This document shows, one piece after another, positions 29,251 to 36,953 of a stretch of 64,000 nt of DNA. The translations under genes and the position numbers were made by a program. The notes beneath the pieces are model-generated. The model did no database searches and had not been told where the DNA came from. It saw nothing but the letters and a program-made list of their open reading frames with translations. The stretch comes from Patescibacteria group bacterium (GTDB lineage Bacteria; Patescibacteriota; Minisyncoccia; UBA6257; 2-01-FULL-56-20), in NCBI GenBank assembly GCA_024654525.1, contig JANLHI010000032.1:172-64171 (forward strand). Reading direction: 5' to 3'. Positions within the stretch are counted from its first letter, which is position 1. Every line of letters begins with the position of its first letter.

Positions 29251-29719
29251 TGACAAACATTTTTGTTTGTCAGAAAACAATAAAATCAGATAAACACACT
29301 TTGCATAATAAAAACATGGCTTAAAATCGATTTCCTAAAAAACTCGATAAAACCATTGTTTGTCGACAAACAATTGATACATCATAATCACACTTTTTTA
29401 TTTCCAAATGTTTGTCGACAAACACCAAAATAACCCTGATTCCTATTCAGCAATAGTAAATTGTTTAGCGACAAACATTATAGAAAGAAAAGAGCGAGAT
29501 AATTAAATTGCACTTAATCTTGTATGGGTATTCTGGAGTACCTTGGATATAAACCCTTCTAAAAAATCACACGGATGTTTGTCGACAAACATCTCAAATA
29601 TATCTCGATACCCCATAACAATGTTTGTCGACAAACATTGTCCATATAATGTTTCGCGACAAACACTTTATCCACAGAAAAATTAAAATATCTACTCTGA
29701 CAAACACTTTTGTTTGTCA
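29251..29719. repeat. Array of 16-bp palindromes TGTTTGTCGACAAACA (parS-like)
   Basis: Perfect copies at 29357, 29409, 29576, 29622. Variants at 29462 (TGTTTAGCGACAAACA) and 29650 (TGTTTCGCGACAAACA). Everted half-site pairs at 29251-29272 and 29698-29719. DnaA box TTATCCACA at 29668. Confidence 0.9.
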
Positions 29720-29946
29720 AAAGTTGATTAACTACTATTTATTCATGCGCGAATCGGCAATTTTCATTGCCGATTTAATTGCCTATTTTATTTTCATTTT
29801 CTCTTTAAAATTACCGCTTTTTTGTAGAGGTATGATGTGGTGTGAAAATTTTTAATCGGGTGTTTTCTTGTGGGTAGGTGAGGGGGGCTAAATACTACGG
29901 GATTATTATTTCTTGCAACATCACCATGCGATGCTATCCTAATACA

Positions 29947-30279
29947 ATGGATATAAAAAAAAATGGCGTCTACCAGGGTATTCTTGAAGAACAAAAAAAG
30001 AAATTACTTGAGAAAATTGCGTCTCACAATAAGCCAGAAGATTTTGGAAGCGATGTCGATGGACTTGATGAAGAATCCGACGAAGCAGAAGAGCAGGGGA
30101 ATAGTCTTGCGATTGCACAATCGCTCAAAGAAAACGTCAGCGAAATTGATAGCGCTCTCGAAAAAATTAAAACTGGAAAATATGGAATGTGCTCAACATG
30201 TAACAATCCTGTAGAGGAAGAAGTTCTTGATATAGCACCCGAGTCGGCATTATGCCGCGCGTGTAAGAAAACTTTTTAA
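29947..30279 (+). CDS. DksA/TraR family C4 zinc-finger protein
   Basis: Acidic coiled coil, IDSALEKI..GKYGMCSTC...APESALCRAC. Confidence 0.9.
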   Translation: MDIKKNGVYQGILEEQKKKLLEKIASHNKPEDFGSDVDGLDEESDEAEEQGNSLAIAQSLKENVSEIDSALEKIKTGKYGMCSTCNNPVEEEVLDIAPESALCRACKKTF

Positions 30280-30304
30280 CACTCATCTTATTCCACCGAC
30301 TTCT

Positions 30305-31831
30305 ATGCATGAGCATCTTGCAAGAGTGCATTCCGCCGAGCTTGAAGGAATCCACGCGAGACCTATTGAAGTTGAAGTAGATTTAAATGTTGGTCTTCAT
30401 TCTTTTAATATTGTCGGCCTCGCAGATAAAGCCCTTAACGAAGCGCGTGAGCGGGTAAATTCATCTCTAAAAAATTCAGGAGTAAAACCCCCTAACCGCG
30501 AGAATCGGCGGATCACCGTAAACCTCGCTCCCGCCGATGTGAAAAAAACCGGAGCTCAATATGATCTCGCGATTGCGATCGGATATCTTGCCGCTACACA
30601 TCAAATAAAAAAATTTGATGCGAGCGATAAAATTTTTATAGGAGAACTTGCTCTGGATGGACGTCTTCGTCCTGTTCATGGAGCGCTCAATATCAGTCAC
30701 ATGGCGGCTCGTGCAGGTTTCCGATATCTCTTTCTCCCTGCACAAAATGCAAATGAAGCGGCAGCGGTTTGTGATGTCCATGTTGTTCCACTCGAAAATC
30801 TTGGCGATGCAATTTCATATCTCGAGCGCGAAAATTCAGAAATTCCTCGCCGGGAATATCATGCGCAACACGCCCCTTCAAAATCTATTTCTGATTTTGC
30901 AGAAATACACGGACAGGAAAATGCAAAACGCGCCCTCATCATTGCCGCAGCAGGAGGACATAATCTTTTAATGAGTGGGCCCCCCGGAGTAGGGAAGAGC
31001 ATGCTCGCAAATACCATGGTGGGAATCCTTCCTCCGATGGATATACACGAGTCGATTGAAGTGACAAAAATTTGGAGCGCTGCAGGGATAGCGGTACAAG
31101 GACTTCTTACCACGCGTCCGTTTCGATCTCCTCACCAAACCGCAACACTCCCCGCGATTATAGGAGGAGGAAGCGACCCAAAGCCAGGAGAAATAAGTTT
31201 GGCGCATCACGGAGTATTATTCCTTGACGAACTTCCAGAATTTCAACGTCATATTCTTGAGTCACTCCGTGCTCCGATGGAATCGGGCGCAGTACACGTT
31301 TCTCGCGCACGAGGATCTCTTACTTTTCCAGCCCAATTCACGCTCGTTGCCGCAATGAACCCTTGCCCATGCGGATATTACGGTGACTCGGAAAAAGAAT
31401 GTAAATGTTCTCCATTCGAAGTGATAAAATATCAGAAAAAAATTTCCGGTCCTCTTGCCGATCGCATTGACCTTCACGTGTCGGTTCCTCGTGTTTCCGT
31501 TGCAACACTCCGATCCGCCGACAACTCCTCTCTCTCAAGTGCTGATGCGCGAAATCTTGTTATGTCCGCTCGTGCACATCAGCAAGAACGTTTTGTAAAA
31601 CTCTCCATTACCACCAATGCGGAAATGGGAACGAAGCAAGTCGAATCCATGGTTGCCACCGACTCTGACGCGGAAGAATTCCTTCGTACTCTTGAACGTA
31701 CACAACTTTCTCCTCGAGGATATTATCGCCTTCTTAAAACCGCGCGTACCATCGCTGATATGGAACATTCGGAAAAAGTTTCCTCGCCTCATCTTGCAGA
31801 AGCATGGGGATATCGTATTCGAGAAACATAA
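30305..31831 (+). CDS. comM: ComM/YifB Mg-chelatase-like AAA+ ATPase
   Basis: ITVNLAPAD, GELALDG, GPPGVGKS, PFRSPH, GVLFLDE, AAMNPCPCG. Confidence 0.95.
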   Translation: MHEHLARVHSAELEGIHARPIEVEVDLNVGLHSFNIVGLADKALNEARERVNSSLKNSGVKPPNRENRRITVNLAPADVKKTGAQYDLAIAIGYLAATHQIKKFDASDKIFIGELALDGRLRPVHGALNISHMAARAGFRYLFLPAQNANEAAAVCDVHVVPLENLGDAISYLERENSEIPRREYHAQHAPSKSISDFAEIHGQENAKRALIIAAAGGHNLLMSGPPGVGKSMLANTMVGILPPMDIHESIEVTKIWSAAGIAVQGLLTTRPFRSPHQTATLPAIIGGGSDPKPGEISLAHHGVLFLDELPEFQRHILESLRAPMESGAVHVSRARGSLTFPAQFTLVAAMNPCPCGYYGDSEKECKCSPFEVIKYQKKISGPLADRIDLHVSVPRVSVATLRSADNSSLSSADARNLVMSARAHQQERFVKLSITTNAEMGTKQVESMVATDSDAEEFLRTLERTQLSPRGYYRLLKTARTIADMEHSEKVSSPHLAEAWGYRIRET

Positions 31832-31832
31832 G

Positions 31833-31850
31833 CCCCGCACATATGCGGGG
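31833..31850. terminator. Hairpin between convergent comM and M23 genes
   Basis: ccccgca-cata-tgcgggg. Confidence 0.55.
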
Positions 31851-31872
31851 AAAATACTTCGTAATTTAGATT

Positions 31873-32955
31873 TTATTTTGCAAAGGGATTCGTGGCACCA
31901 TACACTTCGAAATGCACATGACATCCCGCCGCATCTCCACTTTCTCCCATAAGACCAATTTGTTCTCCCTGTTTTACATAATCTCCCACTCCAACATTTG
32001 TTGAGGCAAGATGCGCATAACGCGTTTTTACATTCGCACCCGCAGGATGCTCAATCAATACAAACGTTCCATATCCGCCATTCCATCCATCTTTCCCTTC
32101 TCCATATTGTGCATCGGGAATCACCAGTCCCTCCGCCGTCGCTACTATAGGAGTACCGCACACCCCCGCGATATCAACCGCATTCATGGGATGTAACCGT
32201 CCCCAGTTATATCCTGCAACAGGAAGCTTAAAATAATTCTTCAAATAGGGGAGTGCTTTCCCAGACGAAATACCCCTCTCACCCGAGGCGCCAGGAATAA
32301 TAAGGCGAATACCTTGTCCTATCATAGCCATATCAATCCCGTGATTTGCTTCACGAATTCTACTCGGCGCGACACCGAAGGCATCCGCAATCGATTCCAC
32401 AGAATCTCCTTCTCTTACCGAATACACAACCCCTGAAACCGCCGGAATATGCAATACCGCCCCCACCTGTAACTGTCGTGTTTTTACATCGGGGTTTGCT
32501 CTTGATACTGTTTCGATCGAAACGTCGAATTTTTGTGCGATTCCGGAAATTGTATCTCCCCGTTCTACTTTATATTCAGCAATACCCGCGCGAGGCGCAA
32601 ATCCGGGAGTATCCCCAAAGTCATCAAGCATTGCCACAGCCAATCCATAAGGAGACATGACTACTTCGGCGGAGTATAGATCGTGCGTCGCTAACGCAAC
32701 TATCAGAGGATGACTTACCATCGAAGCATTCGCGGAGAGAACGATGCTGGATTCTGCTAATATTTGAGCGGGGCCACCCCATACCCCATAATGTCCTCCG
32801 TCCCGCAAGGGATAAAGAAGAGAATATGCCACTCCAACTACCGCAAGCACAACCAACAAAAAACCTGCCGCCGCGAGCGATTTTTGTTCTTTATAGAACT
32901 TCGTTAGGATAGTACCGATACGCTGTAGTATACTCCCTACAACCCAACACGACAA
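31873..32955 (-). CDS. LysM + M23 family peptidoglycan peptidase (start uncertain)
   Basis: Two LysM repeats (YKVERGDTISGIA, YSVREGDSVESIA), H..AVDI, YAHL, HVHFEV. Confidence 0.92.
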   Translation of the reverse strand: MSCWVVGSILQRIGTILTKFYKEQKSLAAAGFLLVVLAVVGVAYSLLYPLRDGGHYGVWGGPAQILAESSIVLSANASMVSHPLIVALATHDLYSAEVVMSPYGLAVAMLDDFGDTPGFAPRAGIAEYKVERGDTISGIAQKFDVSIETVSRANPDVKTRQLQVGAVLHIPAVSGVVYSVREGDSVESIADAFGVAPSRIREANHGIDMAMIGQGIRLIIPGASGERGISSGKALPYLKNYFKLPVAGYNWGRLHPMNAVDIAGVCGTPIVATAEGLVIPDAQYGEGKDGWNGGYGTFVLIEHPAGANVKTRYAHLASTNVGVGDYVKQGEQIGLMGESGDAAGCHVHFEVYGATNPFAK

Positions 32956-32957
32956 AT

Positions 32958-34763
32958 ATGGATCACCTCCTTAATCCGCAACAAGAAAAGGCCGCTCATG
33001 CTCCTCAAAAACCCCTCCTTATTGTCGCGGGAGCAGGAACCGGAAAAACAAAGACTCTTACAAGCCGTTTTATTCATCTTGTAGCGCAAGGAATTCATCC
33101 GTCTCATATCTGTGCGTTGACTTTTACCAATAAAGCGGCAAAAGAAATGGGGGGAAGAGTACACCGCGCCGTCACCGGAGGAATATCCGTCCGCGACGCC
33201 TTCATTGGTACATTTCACTCGTTTGGAGCCCGAATTCTTCGTGCTGAAGCCGCAACATTAGAAAGAACACCTCACTTTACTATCTTCGATGATCACGATT
33301 CCCTCGGTGCAATCAAAAAAGTATTGAAAGAACTCGATATTAAAAATGGCACGCCATCTCAATTCCTTCGATTTATATCTTTCGAAAAAAGCGGCGTGGC
33401 ACAAGGCATGCGCACCGGGACTTATGAAGATAGAGCAGTGTTTAAAAATTATGAATTATTCCTCACACGCGCAAACGCTTTTGATTTTGACGATTTAATC
33501 GTAAAAATGGTTTGGCTTTTCAGAAACAATCCCTCTGTCCTCGAAAAATATCAAAATAAATACACTCACATTCTCGTGGACGAATACCAGGATGTAAGTC
33601 CCATGCAATACGCTCTTATTCAATGCCTTGCCGCGCGCCACAGAAATATAAGCGTCGTAGGAGATGATGCACAAATGATTTATGGGTGGCGCTATGCTAG
33701 TCTTGATACTTTTCTGAACTTTGAAAAAGATTGGCCGAACGCCCAAGTGATACTTCTTGAGGAGAATTATCGCTCGACCGGAACCATTATTCACGCTTCA
33801 TCTGCGGTGATTGCGAACAATCAGCGTGCGCGCGAGAAAAGTTTGTGGACAAATAATATGGACGGCTCACTCATTCTTATTGCAGAAACCGCCAGTGAAG
33901 ATGATGAGGCGGAATGGATTGCGGATCACATCGACTCGAAGTCGAATAATCCCGAAACAATGGGTAATTCATGCGCCATTCTCTATCGAACAAACGCTCA
34001 ATCCCGCGCACTTGAACAAGCGCTCGTACGAAGAGGAATCCCATATCGTATTTATGGAGGACTTAAATTCTATGAACGCCGAGAAATAAAAAATATTATT
34101 GCAGCACTTCGCCTCGCACTAAATCCTCGCGACGAGATAAGTTACGATCGTCTTCAGAAAACATTTCGCATCCGCGCGTTTCGCACGATGCTTCCCTCTA
34201 TTCTCGCGCTTGCTGACACCACTCCCGCCGAAGCAATAAAATCGTTTCTTGATGTGACTCACTACTTTGAATATTTAGAACGTGAAACCATAAATGCCGA
34301 CGAGCGACAGGAAAATATTCGAGAGCTCTTGCAGTTCGCTACGCAATTTTCCACACTCTCAGAATTTCTTGAGCATGTTGCACTGGTACAAGCAACGGAC
34401 AACGCTTCAAGCGACACTAGCCGCACCACAGAGCAGGGAAAGGACACTCCTCCTCCCGTACACCTTTCCACCGTACACCTTGCCAAAGGATTGGAATTTG
34501 ACGAAGTTTTCCTTGCGGGATGCACCGAAGGGATGTTGCCTCATATGAGATCAATGGATTCGCAGGATGAGATAGAAGAAGAAAGACGACTTATGTATGT
34601 GGCAATGACGCGCGCACGACGTGAACTTGCAATCTCGTTCTATGGACTTCCTTCACGTTTTATTGGAGAAATTCCCAATGACCTTATCATGTTTTTCCGC
34701 ACCTCAAATACGGATAAGTTCAGCGACGCTGAAGAACGGAATATTCAACTCGAAGACATTTAA
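32958..34763 (+). CDS. pcrA: UvrD/PcrA-family superfamily I helicase
   Basis: AGAGTGKT, LTFTNKAA, VDEYQD, NYRS, LYRTNAQSR, KGLEF, YVAMTRAR. Confidence 0.93.
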   Translation: MDHLLNPQQEKAAHAPQKPLLIVAGAGTGKTKTLTSRFIHLVAQGIHPSHICALTFTNKAAKEMGGRVHRAVTGGISVRDAFIGTFHSFGARILRAEAATLERTPHFTIFDDHDSLGAIKKVLKELDIKNGTPSQFLRFISFEKSGVAQGMRTGTYEDRAVFKNYELFLTRANAFDFDDLIVKMVWLFRNNPSVLEKYQNKYTHILVDEYQDVSPMQYALIQCLAARHRNISVVGDDAQMIYGWRYASLDTFLNFEKDWPNAQVILLEENYRSTGTIIHASSAVIANNQRAREKSLWTNNMDGSLILIAETASEDDEAEWIADHIDSKSNNPETMGNSCAILYRTNAQSRALEQALVRRGIPYRIYGGLKFYERREIKNIIAALRLALNPRDEISYDRLQKTFRIRAFRTMLPSILALADTTPAEAIKSFLDVTHYFEYLERETINADERQENIRELLQFATQFSTLSEFLEHVALVQATDNASSDTSRTTEQGKDTPPPVHLSTVHLAKGLEFDEVFLAGCTEGMLPHMRSMDSQDEIEEERRLMYVAMTRARRELAISFYGLPSRFIGEIPNDLIMFFRTSNTDKFSDAEERNIQLEDI

Positions 34764-35911
34764 AAACTAGTGCCGGTCATCACCACTCTATTCCCCGAAC
34801 CCACAAAATCACAGTCGCTCCCATGATAGGCGAAACATTCATTCACCTCTGAATAATTCCCCAACCACAAAGCCGCGATATGAAATTCAGTAAATTTAAA
34901 AAATAAAGGGGAGGAAAGAAACGCTTCGCTCACGTATATAGATCCCAACGGAGGTGGGGAAAATTTAGAATCTATAACCGCGATATACCCCGGTTCACTG
35001 CATGTGCAATATTCATCGATCCAATTAATAGGCCCCCCAAACGAAGTCCCCGCGGCATACGCGCGTTGCACCACCCACTCAATCGCACGGGAAAAAATAT
35101 TATTGGATGATTTTTGAGTAACTGTTTTTTGAAACTTTCCTCTTTCAATATCCGCAGTGACATTCATTCTCATAACAAAATCACTTAGCTCTTTTTTTTC
35201 AATAGATCCATTCTCGACTCCTTGAAGTTTATCGAGGAGTTCAATGGTAAGCTTCTCGAATCCAATCATTTTTTTATTCACCCCAATCGCGTCTTCCGTC
35301 ACTGCAATTTTTTCGAGAAAAGAAATCTTTGCATTGACAAAGTCCTTCCATATCCCCGCTGATGACGTCATACCTTGAAGAACACCGCTCTTTACCGCTT
35401 CTTCTGCCAGTTCCAATGGCGTCATGATTATGCCATCATGTCTCGCGCGTGCGTTCGCGAGTCGTCGCGCATCAAATACAATGTCTTTCGAGTGTACGGA
35501 AAAATGTTCAAGATATTCCTGTGCAGTGCGGACTCCATACGACACAATACGCAATTCATCATCTTTCACCTCGGGAAGAGGCAGTGGAGAAATCACGGAT
35601 AATGACGGACGAGAAGCTACGATATTCCCAAATGTCTCCAAGAGAGGATTCACATCATTAAATGTGTCATCATCACCCACGCGAGAAGAAATCGAGGGAA
35701 TCAATGGCATTGATTCCGAAACCGGTGCAAGTCTCTCTCTTTGTGCCGGCACAAATGCCTGTCTCGGAATCAGGGGGGAAGTAGGTTCCATAGTAGGAAC
35801 CTCGACCGCTATGTTCTCTTCAGATCGAAACTGCATCATTATTATAAGAGACACCAAAATACCGCATGCTACAACACTTATTGTGATAGTCTTTTTTTCC
35901 ATTGAGCCCAT
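34760..35911 (-). CDS. Hypothetical membrane-anchored protein with Cys-containing C-terminal domain
   Basis: N-terminal TM, helical middle, RAYA-AGTSFGG...CTCS...C...C tail. ATG lies 8 nt after TATACT. Confidence 0.75.
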   Translation of the reverse strand: MGSMEKKTITISVVACGILVSLIIMMQFRSEENIAVEVPTMEPTSPLIPRQAFVPAQRERLAPVSESMPLIPSISSRVGDDDTFNDVNPLLETFGNIVASRPSLSVISPLPLPEVKDDELRIVSYGVRTAQEYLEHFSVHSKDIVFDARRLANARARHDGIIMTPLELAEEAVKSGVLQGMTSSAGIWKDFVNAKISFLEKIAVTEDAIGVNKKMIGFEKLTIELLDKLQGVENGSIEKKELSDFVMRMNVTADIERGKFQKTVTQKSSNNIFSRAIEWVVQRAYAAGTSFGGPINWIDEYCTCSEPGYIAVIDSKFSPPPLGSIYVSEAFLSSPLFFKFTEFHIAALWLGNYSEVNECFAYHGSDCDFVGSGNRVVMTGTSF

Positions 35912-35965
35912 ATACTTATAGTATATACCCTTCACGCTTCGCCGATTACACCTCATACTACCTGC

Positions 35966-36799
35966 ATGCCACAACGCCTTGGACAACACTTTCTTCATGA
36001 CTCGTCAGTATTGGGAATTATTACCGATACGCTTGCTATAAATCCTCATAACACGATTATAGAAATTGGTGCCGGGCACGGAGAATTGACACAAGAATTG
36101 GAAATCAGAAATAACGCACTGGACAATTCTTTAAAAATATTTGTCATTGAAAAAGACCCCTCTCTCGTCCAACATCTTGCAGTCCTTTTTTCAAAAAACC
36201 GGAACATTGAAATTCTAGAAGGAGACGTAAGAAAAATTCTTCCGGAATTCATATCCCACCGGGGAATACATGAATATAAACTCGCAGGAAATATTCCTTA
36301 TTACCTTACCGGATTTCTTTTGCGAATAATCGGGGAATTACGACCACTTCCCAAAACCACAGTACTTACAATCCAAAAAGAAGTTGCGGAGCGTATTGCC
36401 GCAGAACCGCCTCGTATGAATCGTCTTGCGGCAAGTATACAGTTTTGGGCGACTCCTCATGTTATTTGCAATGTACCGCGCACTTCTTTTTCTCCTCCTC
36501 CCAAAGTAGACTCCTCCGTTCTCTGTCTCTCACAAAAAAATTCCCCGCAGAACGAAAACGTCACATTGCGCTATTATGCCGCAGTGCATGCTCTTTTCGC
36601 ACAACCCAGAAAAACACTCATCAACAATATCTCAAATGCAATCGACCTCCCTCGCCAATCCATTATTTCCATACTCGAAAAAGAAAGCTTAGACCCTACC
36701 GCACGTCCAGAGACTCTTACTATTTCCCAAATCATGTCACTTGCTTCGTCTTTTCACTTCCCCGATACTCCCATTCTCCGCAAGAAGAGCGCTTCTTAA
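35966..36799 (+). CDS. rsmA: 16S rRNA adenine dimethyltransferase
   Basis: LGQHFL, IEIGAGHGELT, GNIPYYLT, QKEVAERI, FSPPPKVDS. Confidence 0.96.
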   Translation: MPQRLGQHFLHDSSVLGIITDTLAINPHNTIIEIGAGHGELTQELEIRNNALDNSLKIFVIEKDPSLVQHLAVLFSKNRNIEILEGDVRKILPEFISHRGIHEYKLAGNIPYYLTGFLLRIIGELRPLPKTTVLTIQKEVAERIAAEPPRMNRLAASIQFWATPHVICNVPRTSFSPPPKVDSSVLCLSQKNSPQNENVTLRYYAAVHALFAQPRKTLINNISNAIDLPRQSIISILEKESLDPTARPETLTISQIMSLASSFHFPDTPILRKKSAS

Positions 36800-36953
36800 A
36801 ACTTTTACGAGAGTAAAACCTTACCACTGGGGATAAACTCGCGTGGTCTGTATGCCATACACCTCCTATAATGGAGATGGTGGATTCCATCTTTGTAAAA
36901 GGTGGCGTGTAGAGGCGTATCCACCAGTATTCCACACTTTTTCCACACTGTTC

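Noticed and set aside
29357-29665. CRISPR array interpretation of the palindrome repeats
   Set aside because: The repeat is only 16 bp, spacing is irregular (28-114 bp), the unit is a loopless palindrome typical of protein-binding sites, and no cas genes are in the window.
29668-29676. Palindrome array as the actual oriC
   Set aside because: It has only one DnaA box. The dnaA-dnaN gap has boxes, trio-like repeats and the strand composition switch.
29625-29855. 76-aa ORF overlapping the palindrome array
   Set aside because: TTG start inside a repeat, in AT-rich sequence with no protein-like features.
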